The position numbers were made by a program, and so were the translations under genes. A stretch of DNA of 63,711 nt, counting the filler, from Lenisia limosa (taxonomy: Eukaryota > Protista > Breviatea), in assembly GCA_001655205.1 (NCBI GenBank). It is 13 parts of 13 records of this genome, joined end to end, with 100 filler letters (N's around TTAATTAATTAA, not from the genome) between each part and the next. Parts side by side here need not be neighbours in the genome. Positions count along the whole stretch, not along the records: positions 9,997 to 19,472 come from LPNZ01006186.1; positions 19,573 to 24,686 come from LPNZ01010494.1; 11 more parts are not named here. One strand, written 5' to 3'. The notes under the pieces are model-generated. The model saw nothing but the letters and a program-made list of their open reading frames with translations. It did not search any database and was not told the DNA's origin. Shown here piece after piece: positions 10,197-23,586 of this stretch. Numbering within the stretch: the first letter of the stretch is position 1; each line of letters opens with the position of its first letter.

Positions 10197-13100
10197 GAGA
10201 GAACCATGGTAACAACATTCTTACAGACAAAGGTATTTGGGTGCTAAGGTGGAATCCACATCACTTTTTTGTTGTTGGTAAGGAATTTACTAAAGAGGAA
10301 AATATGCACCCAAGGGGAATACACTTGTTTATATTTATACCCCTAGATGCACCTTGGGTGATGCACAGATGGGATAACAGCATCTTGGTGAACTTTGTGA
10401 CCAGTTCAACTTATCATCATTTAGTTTGTCTATGGGGAAAAGTCACCAGAAAGCAGCGTTTCATGGTTCCAAAAGGCAACGTTCTCCTGGCTTTCGCCGT
10501 TGGTGGCTCTGGGGGGCTCGAGACCCCTACAGGTATGCTGGGGGGGGGGGGGTTGTNNNNNNNNNNNNNNNNNNNNNNNNNNNNNNNNNNNNNNNNNNNN
10601 NNNNNNNNNNNNNNNNNNNNNNNNNNNNNNNNNNNNNNNNNNNNNNNNNNNNNNNNNNNNNNNNNNNNNNNNNNNNNNNNNNNNNNNNNNNNNNCATGCC
10701 AGGCTGAAGATCTCTTTGATCTGCATGGAAAAGATAGGACAAGGGACGCGTATGAGAAAGTCCGGCACTCGTTGGTGGTCACGGGTTCCTTTGGTGGGGT
10801 GTTATCCCTCTAATTTACATGAGAGCTTTCTGGGAATGAATTGCATTATTCAGATCATCCATGACGCAAACAGACATTTTCTCTTTTCTCTTTGGATTAC
10901 ATTCCCAATAACCCGACAGCACAATCCATCAGGGCCATCTTCCTTGTCGACTTCCTCAAAGCCGCCCCGTACCGACTGGCAACAGACTTCACCGTGCTCT
11001 GTGCACCAATTCTCCTTCATTCGGTAATAAAGTGGATAGTGTTCTGAATGAATCTCACAGCCTAGATTTTGGAGCATATTCAGAGTGATGAAGACCTTTT
11101 CACCGCTATGTTCTTGAGTGCGTGGTTGTACTGGTTAAAACAGTTGAAAATCAGTTATATTATAATAAACTATCAATAAATATTCCTTACGTTTCTTCTG
11201 CCTTTTGATCACCGGTGTGGCATGGTATGGGGGATGAGGTTTGACCCCATTTAGTCCTTCTTCTCTGCGTGTGCCTCTTTGGAGGTGCATTTTCCGTGAA
11301 CTCGTATCTCAACATCTCTTATCGAACATGTTTCAGAGTTTGCTGGGAGTCATGGTCCGTTATAATCAGCCGGGATAATGTCAACTATATTGGATCAGGG
11401 CCTCATGTTATACACCCGAAAACATATCATACTTCTTTGGGTCTGCTATTTGCTCGGAGTTGTTTGGAGGAAAGAGAAAAGTAATCTAAATCCCTAAATG
11501 CACCTTTTTAGAATATATAGCCCTTTGTCTTGAATATAAAAACGTTATTCAGCAGCCCGCAACTGATAATATAGCTTCGCGGCGCTATCATCTCGGTTAT
11601 ATTTGCCAAGACGCTTAGGTGGGATCTTTGTTGCTTTCCTTAATATCATCAACTATAACTGTTGCAGACTCAGTGAATTCTCTAAGACGAAGCTCGGCAG
11701 TGGGAAGGTGGTCAACATCGTCTCATCTGACACAAATAGGTTGGTTATTGCTCAGGTGGACATTAACATTTCCCTTTTCACTCCGACTTCTTAACCTTGT
11801 CAGACTTATGGCAACTGGACACTTCCTGCACTCTGCTTGGAGTGCACCTCTCCAGGTTGTGATAGAGTATAGCTTCTTTTGGTGGATTCTTTGTTCAATA
11901 ACCCACATTTCATGAACTCTGTAGGTAATCGGAGCCACCTCTCTCCTCTTTTACTTCGTTGGATGGGCAGCGATGGGTGCCGTGTGTATGTGGGGTGTTT
12001 GTTTCACTGCCCTTGGGATCAAATCGACTTTCTCTTGGTAACATTGCTACTGCCTCACACCGCCTTCCCATCCAGTGACAATGGTCTTTCTGGTCCCAAT
12101 GCAGTACCTGTTCTCTACATGGATGACGGTGGGTATTGTCCTGTAAATATTTATTCTCAAGGACATGCTAGAAAGCTCGTCGTATTATATGCCACCCTCA
12201 CCCGTCACCTTATAGAAAACACGGCGCGCGGCAGTGCATAAGGCTGACCAGAGACTTTGCAGAGTATCTGAAGCTGTAGCCAACATTCGAGGGTTCAAAA
12301 TGGCCGCCTGGAGTGGGGGGGGGGGGNNNNNNNNNNNNNNNNNNNNNNNNNNNNNNNNNNNNNNNNNNNNNNNNNNNNNNNNNNNNNNNNNNNNNNNNNN
12401 NNNNNNNNNNNNNNNNNNNNNNNTACTTCAACAGAGATAAAACTACCACCTTAACCCTCGCAGGTGGAGCTGCGTCAGACCGAATATCCGAGGCAAGAAG
12501 CTCTGAGTTATGCTTCTTCCGCAAACTCCTTGTGATCCGTTCCATACATGCCGCGTTGGCGATGGCAGCAACGGTCATCATGGCCCTTTCCATCTTCTCC
12601 TGGATGTACTACTCCAACGAATCCTTCACCGTCTCTAAGTGGGTACAGGCTTTCCATTAGTGGTGCTGAAAACGTTTTTCACCTCCTAGAGTGTTCACAA
12701 CGCTCTCTCTGCTCACTGTCCTCCGCATGCCACTTGTTCTCTTGCCACAAGTTCTCGCGTCAGTCAGGAAATTAATCATTTTTTTTAGATTTTATGGTCC
12801 TAATAGTTTCTAATGAAATATGATATATGATATATAATAGATGTATTAATATTTTACTATATGTGGCCGTTCAAAATTCTGGTTTTTTCGCAAATCCAAT
12901 ATCTCTTATAAGCGAATGGTGTGTACGGCTTCGGCCCGATAAAACCTTGTTTTATTTATTATCTCTACACTAATAAATATCTATTTCAGTGTATTATTGA
13001 TATATCATTGTATGTATCATATTATGTAGTGTATTAATAAAAATATGTATATATGTATTATCATATGATAAATACACGAGCATGTTGACTTTTAGCTCTT

Positions 13101-16100
13101 TTATTTACTGGTATCTTACTTCACAAAATTCCTGACTCTCCAGTGGTATTGTTGACGGCAAGGTGGCCTTTGAACGGATCAATAAGTTTCTCCAGGCTCC
13201 GGAGCAACTTGGATGGGTGTCTCCTTCCGACTTTTCTATCGGTATGATGATAGTATGACTTTTACGGCAGAACATTTCATTCCTAATGCTCAGCTTTGTA
13301 AAAACGATGGAGACACTCAAGTGTTCATCTTTTTATTCCTTTTAGGTGTGGAGTTCTCAGGAGTCGATATTGCTTGGTTGGAAAACGAAAACGAAAAGAA
13401 ATGGACAAACGTGAGGACTGTGGAAGGCGCATTTAATACTTTTAAGCGGTTCTAATGCCTATTCAGAGTATTTTGTTCCCAAAGAAAAAGACCAAGAAAA
13501 ATACAACTCGCGACATTGAGCTAACCCCCATTGTGGACCAGGGATCTGACGACGACTCTATCGGTACGGGGACTTCGCCTCAAATGTCACTATGTTGCTA
13601 ATGTGAACAGGAGCAGTTGAAGGACGCACAGTTGCCAGCAACCTGACCTTTTCGGTTCCGAAAGGAGAGGTATGTTCTCCACTCGGGGCTTGATGACTGT
13701 TTCTTTTATTGACCATTGGCGTGTAGATTCTGATGATAGTTGGGCCAGTTGGGTGCGGAAAGTCTGCAATCACCAGTGCCATCTCACGGACTGTTGCTAC
13801 AATCTCTGGATCAGTGTGCGGGGTCTTTCAAATGATCTGGGGTCTTGGGAGTAAGTCCTGAGAATCAAGATCTCATACAGTAGGTTGCAGTTGCCAGCCC
13901 CGTCATGTGTGTGTCTCCTGACAGCATTGTTAACGCGACAATAAGAGATAATATCTTGTATGGCTCCCCATTCGACAAAAAACGATACGATGAGTGCATT
14001 TCAGGTATGCGGGGTAAAAGTGAAATGAGTTCTGTTAAGCACTGTTGAACCATTACGTGTTCTTACCACACGACAGCATGTGCCTTGGATGATGACTTGC
14101 CTTCGCTGCCGTCTGGGGACCTCACTGAGATCGGAGAGAAGGTGTGTTCTTTTCCTGTTTACAGTACCGCGTTGAAGCTCAGAATATGATATCGTTTTAT
14201 ATCATTATAGAAATGAGAAATAAAACCACTCACTCACTTTTAAGGTGTTAAAGTAATAGAAATTATTAGAATGGAATTTCTTCATATGTCTTCAAAAACG
14301 GTCATCATTGTTGATTGTTTGACCCCTTAGGGTCTTGCCTTATCCGGCGGCCAACGTCTCCGAGTTGCGCTGTGCAGGTGTGTTGGCGAATTAACACTTT
14401 TTTGGTCTCAAGCTAAACTGGGAGCACAAAAGTAATCATCATTAGTTTATCAAATGGCAAGAAGTGTGTTGACAACCCAGGGCACTCTACGGCAGACCAG
14501 CAGTGGTGGTGTTGGACAATCCCTTTGCTGCACTTGATGCTCATGTTGCAAGGGTGAGTTTCAGAGTGACGAAAAGATATCGATATTTCTTGAGAGAGAT
14601 GGTTCTTTAACCTACCATTGTCGCCTGAATTATTTCAAAGAGATACACCCCCTCCCCATTGGAATTTTCTCCATACAATACTGATATTTAGAACTTCTCT
14701 ACGTTCCGAAAAAGACCAGTAAAATATCGATATTTACCAAGGATTTATCGAGAAATTCAGTCTTTTTGGAAGCTGTACTGATATTACATACATTAACAAC
14801 TGGCTTTCTGACCGTCAGCATGTTGCCCGCGCGGCCATTTGCGGAATACTGCCGGCTAACAGGGCGGCGGTGGTGCTTTCAACTCATAGTCTGGAGTTCA
14901 CCAAGATGGCTGACCAGTATGTGGGTTTTACAAGAATAGGCATTTCTTTTCAATGGTATTTCAGAAGTTTTCAATAATTTTTAATATTTGATCTTATTTT
15001 TCAGGATTCTAGTGTTGGACGATAATGGTGCAACTGTTAAAATCGGCTCTTGCAGCGAAGTGGAAAGCTTACTGCATGTATGAGGTTTAAGTGTCATTGG
15101 GAAGAGATAAAAACTATCGTGTGGATTGTAGAATGGAAACTCAAGCTGTTAAACCGGTTGTGCTTGAAATCAGCCCTTATTTTGCAGGGCCTTGAGGCAT
15201 CGTCATCACCACTGACTGTAACTCCAATGAGAGCAACACCTTCGCCAATACTGACAGAACCCAAGGCTGTTAATGGAATGATGTCGTCTAAAGGTGATAA
15301 AGGCAGGTTTATTATGAAATGCTACATTTTTATCATTATTTGTATCGTTTTTGATTCGTTGACCTTGAACAGAGAAGCGTTCAGTTGGAAGTGTACATAA
15401 GGATGTTTGGTTTGCGTATCTCAGCGCTGCTGGTGGCACAGTTACTGTCATTCTCCTTCTGCTGTTGTTTTGCATGAGCCAGGTATGGATGACTTGTACA
15501 TCTACGTGCTACTTACCTTTTGGACTGAATCAGTACTTAGTGTAATATAAAATGATTTCTTGAACTATCCCGTCAAAGTGAAATACAGAATACCAAGACA
15601 ACTTCCCTTTGTTTGAACAGGTTTACCTTTCAGGCAGCTAGGGTAGGGAGTGACCGTTTTGTTTCTTATTGGACTGCAAGAAAGGCGGACCTTGATCCTG
15701 GCTTCCTCTATATATACGGTTCTTTAGCAGGTGATGGGGTTGGTGAGAGTAATTATTAGCAAAGATTTACCTCGTTCTATTCTGATAAATCAAGGTCTTG
15801 TGATTGTGACTGTTTTCATGAGGTCCATGGGAGTGGGTTTTGCGGGCTATTTGGCTGGTAGACGGCTGCATGAACACCTCGTCAAGGTTTGTGACAGGCT
15901 GTTGTCTTGCGTTTTCAGCAAGTTTAGTGACCTTCTTTGGCACTTGAACTGACCCCCCACCCTTCATCTTTTAGACGGTTATCAACGCGCCCATGACCTT
16001 CTTTGACACCACTCCATTGGGCAGAGTTCTGAATCGGTTGGCTTTGTGTAGCTACATATATTCCACAACTGGGCTTTTCTGTGCTCTTCTGATAACTACA

Positions 16101-18466
16101 AGTGACTCAATGCATTTCTTTAGTTAGGGCAATCCTTATATATCATGCCATACAGGTTTAGCTCTGACATGGAACGAATTGACGCCAAGTTGCCAGGAGC
16201 CATTCAGAGGTTCTTCACGTGAGAGCTCGTGTTGTTTGTCTTTTCGATAGCTCTTACAATACCCCTCATACCACTTAGCCCGATATCATTTCTCACTACC
16301 CCTTAGCCCGATATCAATTCTCACTACCCCTTAGCTCGATATCATTTCTCATTACGAGCCTTCTCGTTGTCGCTTGTATCAGTCCTCCCGCTGCCATCAT
16401 CATCGCCCTCTCCATGGCGGTGTTCTATAAGTTGGAGTGGTACTATCGATAACTGTTTGACATATTAAACAGTTATGTAATATTAATATATATGATATAG
16501 CATATTAGCATATTTGGGTAGTAAACCTCTGAAAAATTCAAACGATGTCACAAACACACGTAATGGCCGCTGTTTTCCTCCACTTACTGATCCAACCAGG
16601 ATCCAAAGTTACTACAGAAGAACTTCGAGAGAAATCAAGCGCCTTGATAACGTTTCCAAAAGCCCTGTGGGGGGGGGGGGGNNNNNNNNNNNNNNNNNNN
16701 NNNNNNNNNNNNNNNNNNNNNNNNNNNNNNNNNNNNNNNNNNNNNNNNNNNNNNNNNNNNNNNNNNNNNNNNNNNNNNNNNNNNNNTATTTCCCTCATAA
16801 CTCCGTTCTTACAGATATTCGCGCTGTTTTCAGACGCATTTGTAGCCACATCCGCAATACAAGCACACGGACTGAGAAATGTGGGATGCGATGTGGTGGC
16901 AATACTGTTTATGAAAGGTGATTGGTGCTCGCCCCCATCCCTACGGGTTCTCATGAGCATCACTCTCCAGGCCTACATCGACTCAATGATTGCGCGAATT
17001 GACGCCAATCAACGCGCCTACTTTATTACCACAGTTATAATGCGCTGGCTGGACGTCAGGTTGCAGGCACTTGCCTCTTTAGGTTGGTGGCTTCTGATAA
17101 TAATTTCAAAGCAACTACACGGGTGACATTCAGCTTATCTCACGGTTTAGTGGTTATTTCGTCAGCCGTCCTTGCCCTGTTTTACCATGGTCATTCCGCT
17201 TCAATGACAGGTCTTCTCCTGATATACGCCTTCCAGCTTGCTCGTAAGCGTTTTTGCTTTAGATAACAAAGAACTGCTTCAGCCAACACTGACACTTTAG
17301 CCCTGTCAACCCGATCGTTGACACAGTTGGTTGAAGTGGAAGCTGGTATGACGGCCACTGAACGTGTCGTGGAGTACACCAGAGAGTTAGAACAGGAAAT
17401 GAGCACAACAACCAATATACCAGGTGGGTTATCATCATGTAATACTCCATCTTTTTCCTTTTCTTTTGAGTGTACATACATATCTGCCCAAAGCTGTGAC
17501 GTCATAGGATGGCCTGCTGAACCCTCAATTGAATTCATCGACGTTTCGATGCGGTATCGAGAAGGTTGGTAGAACCATAGTTAGCCCGCATAGCATCAGA
17601 CAGTATTTCATAGATCTGAGTATTCTTAACTATTTAGGCCTCCCATTGGTCCTCAACTCTATAACGGCTAAAATCCAAAGTATGAATAGTATTATTCCCT
17701 CTTTACTTATGCTTGGTATTCGTTTCTGCGATTTTGATTGTGATTTACTGTAATTTGTTTCCGTTCTTCAGAGAACAGTGGTATCATAATGCATTCACCA
17801 TCGCAGAGGGAACTAAGGTTGGAGTAATTGGCCGGACTGGAAGCGGTAAAACAAGCCTTATTCAAGCCCTTATGCGTCTCACTGAAGTCTCTGGGTTAGG
17901 ATATGGGGTCAAAATCCTCTTACTTTACACACATACACTTTGCAGTTCCTTTGGTTACCCCCCCCCCCCCNNNNNNNNNNNNNNNNNNNNNNNNNNNNNN
18001 NNNNNNNNNNNNNNNNNNNNNNNNNNNNNNNNNNNNNNNNNNNNNNNNNNNNNNNNNNNNNNNNNNNNNTCCCAGCTGCGGAGGGGCATCGCTGTCGTCC
18101 CCCAAAACCCGGTGGTGCTTAGCGGCACGCTTCGTCACGCCCTTATGCCCCTTGATGTGGGGAACTGCTCCATGCATGCATGGGGAACTGTTGATGATTT
18201 GGTGTGACACTGGCTGTCCTCTCGCTCTTTAGATCACCCTCCAGATTACAATGCCAGTCGTGACTGACTCAGAATTGTTGCATGCCGCTGAAGCTGTCGG
18301 CCTAGAGATCTTACCTCACTTCATGAAGGGTCTAGACGTGGGGGGGGGGGGTACTGAATTTGTCTATTTCGTATTCATTGACATTTGTGCCCTCTTTTGG
18401 ATAAAACAATAATACATTGTAGACTATTGTATCTGAAGGAGGCAAGAATCTTTCTTCGGGGCAAAG
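10197..18466 (+). CDS. ABC transporter family C (MRP-like), about 30 exons, 3' end truncated; 5' start uncertain
   Basis: Lasso motif SPESSVSWFQKATFSWLSP; NBD1 GPVGCGKS (13742), NATIRDNILYG, DLTEIGEKGLALSGGQR, VVLDNPFAALDAHV; TMD2 FFDTTPLGRVLNRFSSDMERID; NBD2 GVIGRTGSGKTSL (17820), IAVVPQNPVVLSGTLR, EGGKNLSSGQ. Confidence 0.93.
14689..14777. mobile_element. hAT-like MITE, degenerate
   Basis: GAAAAAGACCAGTAAAATATCGATATTTACC..GGATTTATCGAGAAATTCAGTCTTTTT. Confidence 0.7.
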
Positions 18467-18823
18467 GTAAGGGTGGTTGTCAAATATATATATATAGGTT
18501 TTGGAGATGGCGCAATGGAGAGGTGGGCATTTTGAAGGTAAGCTGGATGGCGCAATGGAGAGGTGGGCATTTTATAGGGAGGTAACAGCCCTAACTAAGA
18601 CACTCATCATATGCTGTCATATAGCAGCAATTGTGGAGAGAGAGAGAGAGAGGTGCTTGCCTGGGTCAAAAGCTTCCCAGGAGCGGCCAAGATAGCCAAG
18701 ATCAGGTCCAGGATAAGGTCACAGGATCGCCACAATCCTGGGTCCTGGAGTCCCTTGACATATATATACACTAAGGGGAGGGGGGTCAAGGTCAAAACTT
18801 ATATATGTATATATACTATACTG

Positions 18824-19472
18824 TATATGTGGGTCCTCAAAGCTCCGGACAGCATTCAAAATTCACGACACATCAAAACTCCCGGACAGCTTGAAGTTGA
18901 CCCTTGTATGGGTCAACGTTAGTGTTTAATACAAAACTGGTTCAACAGATATATTGAGAAAATGACCTCTTAATGTTTCCCAACTTTTTTTTTCAATTTT
19001 GAGCAAGTGTCAAAAATCCGTGAATTTGGTCTCCCGGGGGTGGCCCCTTTTGCCTTTTCATGGGTTTTTTTTCTAAATCTATCCCTCTTTTAGTGTTAAG
19101 AAACTAAATTGTACCCCGAGTAATTGGATATGGATTTGGCTATGTAATGGTGAATTTTGAGAGAAAAATATTCAAAATAATGCTTTCTACAAGGTCAAAC
19201 TTTCCCGGATAGTTGCCATTTATTTCTTGAATATGGCCGATTATAACGGTTTTGGTAATTTTTGGCAGTTTAAAGGCCGCAAACGGGTAGCCAAGTGACT
19301 TAATTTGGGTTTGAGCGAAGAATATGTAAAAACCGCATTCAATCCTGTGATTATGACTGAAATTATTTTCGAAAATAACGTGAAAATGAAATTTGTAGTA
19401 CTTTCAGAGGGGAAATTCAAGCTGTCCGGGAGTTTTGATGTGTCCGGAGATTTTGAATGATGTCCGGAGCTT
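18824..19472. mobile_element. Non-autonomous element with about 57-bp inverted repeats (family E)
   Basis: AAGCTCCGGACAGCATTCAAAA..CCCGGACAGCTTGAA inverted at 19416-19472; second copy 43981-44327. Confidence 0.8.
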
Positions 19473-19572
19473 NNNNNNNNNNNNNNNNNNNNNNNNNNNN
19501 NNNNNNNNNNNNNNNNTTAATTAATTAANNNNNNNNNNNNNNNNNNNNNNNNNNNNNNNNNNNNNNNNNNNN
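19473..19572. other. Artificial contig linker
   Basis: 44N-TTAATTAATTAA-44N. Confidence 0.97.
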
Positions 19573-22500
19573 GGCTTCAACAAGGCTTCTTCCCTTGCTA
19601 ACAAAATGACCGCCACTTTCAAGCTTGCGTCACAACAGCTTTCGTCTCAGGTGGGGGGTGGGGGGGGCTTGGGAAGGGTTGGGTTTTCTAGGGCTCCGTG
19701 CAATTGTTTGGAAAATTAATTTCAAAATTTGAAATGTGACGTATTGTAACATAAACTCAATTTCAGACACATTATTTTCAATTTCTTACATAGATTTCTT
19801 CAGTTAATAGGGTTATGAGAGGATCGCTATCGCCTCCCCCTCCTAAACTCCAATTTCACTCCATTTTTGGCTCTTTTTTTTTAGATTCATTAATTTTCTA
19901 ATTTACCCCCCCCCCTAGGACCNNNNNNNNNNNNNNNNNNNNNNNNNNNNNNNNNNNNNNNNNNNNNNNNNNNNNNNCGACTTCGGCATGAGAGCCGTTA
20001 AAACCGTTATCAGCGCTGCAGGAAATCTGAAGAGGGATTGCCCTGATCGAGATGAAGGTGAATGAAAGGGGTCTTTGTGTGTTTTTTTTAAAAAATTTTT
20101 TTTTTTATTTTATATCTCGCCCAGTGCATGCACTGGGTCCAGTTTTTTATAATCTGTATTTTTTTAAAAAATATTCTTCTTATTTCTCTTTTTTTCAGTT
20201 GTAAATCTGAGAGACAATAAATGATAAGGGAAACACTGTAGTTTTAGAAACATAACTGGGGAAACAATGATCAAAAAGCTATTTACGAGAGCGACGGCCT
20301 TTAATTCGTTCCTCTTAAGTGCATTGACAAAAAAGGCAAAATTGCTCAAATGAAAGTGAAGATAATTATTAAGTTTACCTTCCTTGTGGTTGCATGGCGG
20401 GTTGCCAGAGAGGTTGTTCAGCATCTTATTGAAATATTAAATTCCAGCAAAGCATACCCCTGATGGGAGATACCTTCAATCGCACTTCTTCCTTTTTTTT
20501 GGCAGCTACTTCAGCTTTGATCTCTTCGATCATCTTTTTTAAGAACAAGAATGCAACTGTATCGATTAAATAGGAAGAACAATACAAAGAATCCCCATTC
20601 GACCATCCGCTTCCTTCTGTGTTCAGGCGTAATCAAAGTGATTATTTCCCGAACAGTCTTTGCTTCATCAGCAACTGAAACATTCTCCTTAAAAAAACAT
20701 TGAAAGTCTCTCAAGTAAAAGCTCATTTCTCACCTTTTTTAAAAAAACTGCGCCCCTTTATCCATTTGTATTCAGATAGCTCTTTTTTTTTTTTTTTATC
20801 TTTTTCATCTCTAATAATTGAAGCAGTTAAAAGATGGTTTTATATCATTTGTTTCTTCCTAAATTTTATTTTGCTATAATAAAGGGAATGATAATTTAAA
20901 TTCTAAAACTATTGCTTATCTTCTAGAGCTGATCCTTCTGAGAGCCCTGAGGGACTGCAACATGCCAAAGNNNNNNNNNNNNNNNNNNNNNNNNNNNNNN
21001 NNNNNNNNNNNNNNNNNNNNNNNNNNNNNNNNNNNNNNNNNNNNNNNNNNNNNNNNNNNNNNNNNNNNNNNNNNNNNNNNNNNNNNNNNNNNNNNNNNNN
21101 NNNNNNTCTGTTGTAGTTAAGGCTTCACTTCGGTAATAAAATGTCCAGTGAAATACCGATATTTATCGAGGATATCGAGCTATTCAGACTTTTTTTTGAA
21201 CCGAAGTGAAGCCTAAGTTGGAGTTCATGTATTGTTTATTTTGCCTCAACAAATTCTTGACCTTGCCTCTGTAGGATCTGCCTCTTTTCAACGGCATCAT
21301 TTCCGACTTGTTCCCTGGAATCAAGGAGTGGGAGATTGACTATGGTTGGGGGGAGAACAGCACAGAAGGTGATCTCTCAATATAAATATACTCACCATAA
21401 AAAAAAAAAAAAAAAAAAAAANNNNNNNNNNNNNNNNNNNNNNNNNNNNNNNNNNNNNNNNNNNNNNNNNNNNNNNNNNNNNNNNNNNNNNNNNNNNNNN
21501 NNNNNNNNNNNNNNNNNNNNNNNNNNNNNNTAATTGCACCAGGAGCGCTCCTGGCTGTTTTGAAGGATGAAACAGCGGCAATGGGTCTCCAAGCTGTCGA
21601 TCCCTTCATTGCCAAGTGCATCCAGCTCTACGAGACTGCTGTTGTCAGACATGGTATGGTTGTAGCTATGGTTATTATATGAGCTTGATTTGAGTCAATC
21701 GTGTAAGGGCTCCCGTGGTCACTGTAGATATATGTATATGTCATAGTAATTAATTCTGTCGTTGTTTTGATAGCAAAGCGCTCGTTTAACTCAAAGCCAT
21801 TTTGACCAACTAGGTGTTATGCTTGTCGGCCCTACGATGGCGGGTAAAACGTCCTGTCGAAATGTCCTTTCAAGAGCCTTGACAAAGGTGACTGGAGTGC
21901 AATGCGTTTCCTGAATAAACCAAGGCTTTACACCAATATCCTTCATTGAAATTTCCCTCGTTTTACCCCCCCCCCCNNNNNNNNNNNNNNNNNNNNNNNN
22001 NNNNNNNNNNNNNNNNNNNNNNNNNNNNNNNNNNNNNNNNNNNNNNNNNNNNNNNNNNNNNNNNNNNNNNAAAGCAGAGTACTCTCAACCCCAAGGTGAT
22101 TTTTATTGGGAGCAAGAATATTCCTTAAATATGATCAAGGGATATAAAACAAAAAAATCATACAAAAATATAATTCACATCTAAGTCTATAAACACAATT
22201 ATAAATCAGCTCCCCCAACAAGATTTAACTTGATCTTTTTTGAAGATCAAGAAAATGTAAAATCTGGTCTGAGTAATGATACATACATAAAGAATATAAG
22301 CTCACTGGCCTGGGCTTTGTTTTTTTGTCCTCAACCCTTGTGCCAACAGAGTTGACTTNNNNNNNNNNNNNNNNNNNNNNNNNNNNNNNNNNNNNNNNNN
22401 NNNNNNNNNNNNNNNNNNNNNNNNNNNNNNNNNNNNNNNNNNNNNNNNNNNNNNNNNNNNNNNNNNNNNNNNNNNNNNNNNNNNNNNNNNNNNNNNNNNN

Positions 22501-23527
22501 NCGGCACTTTTCCACTGGTTGGGAGGGGCTAAGTGGTATTTATTGAGGGTATCTATTTGCTCTATGCTAAGGGCTTCCCTGCGGTCCGAAAAAGACCGTC
22601 AATATATCGAGTTATCTAGGATTTATCGAGTTTCGGTCTTTTTTGGGACCGTCGGGAAGCTCTATGTCTGAGTGTGTGGATGGGTCGTTTTAGTGCTGTT
22701 TTTTTTTTAAGTTTGTTTAGTTTTGTTTGTTTCATAGAACTTATCACTTCTCCCCCCCCCCCTNNNNNNNNNNNNNNNNNNNNNNNNNNNNNNNNNNNNN
22801 NNNNNNNNNNNNNNNNNNNNNNNNNNNNNNNNNNNNNNNNNNNNNNNNNNNNNNNNNNNNNNNNNNNNNNNATAAAACTTGCAATTTATTCCCCTCCACC
22901 AGACCCCAGCCCCGACCTGAAGTGGGTGGTCTTCGACGGGCCTGTCGACGCGTTTTGGATCGAAAACATGAACTCCGTCCTGGATGACTCCAAGAAACTC
23001 TGTTTGTCAAGGTGGGCAGGGAGTTTTTTTCAAAAAAAAACAACGGGGGCTTTTTTGCTTCCTAAATTTTCATTTTTCACTTCTCTTACCCCGCAGTGGT
23101 GAGGTAATCAAGCTCAACAACAAACAGAGCCTTTTGTTTGAAGTACAAGACCTTAGTGTCGGCTGGGGGTGTCGTAAATATTGCTATTCTTCGCTAATGA
23201 CAAGAGGGATTTTTGGATTGTGTTCAAAGCCACCCAGTAGGCCCTCTCCTTCTCCTTCCTTTCTATTCACTCCCCTCCCCATAGCCTCTGATGGCAATCC
23301 CAATTTGACCCCCCTCCCCCCCAGGCCGCCTCCCCCGCAACAGTCTCACGATGCGGCATGGTTTACATGGATCCTGTCGCCCTCGGCTTCGGCCCTATGA
23401 TCACTGTAAGGGGGTGGTTTTGTATGGCTTTACTTCGGTTTGAAAAAAAAAGACTGAATTTCTCGATAAATCCAAGAAAACTATCGATATTTTCCTTGTC
23501 TTTATGTTTCCAAAGTGAAGACGTCTT

Positions 23528-23586
<59 letters not shown>

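Noticed and set aside
10758-10775. Non-canonical (GC or other) donor sites
   Set aside because: In the cases checked (ABCC ~10758, MAD1 ~40333) a GT donor in the correct phase is available.
16275-16352. CRISPR-like array
   Set aside because: Contiguous tandem units with no spacers, in eukaryotic context.
20100-20800. Nested gene or transposase in the large dynein intron (ORFs 20164-20424, 20511-20726)
   Set aside because: AT-rich with no recognisable motifs or splice-consistent structure; could be a decayed element but unsupported.
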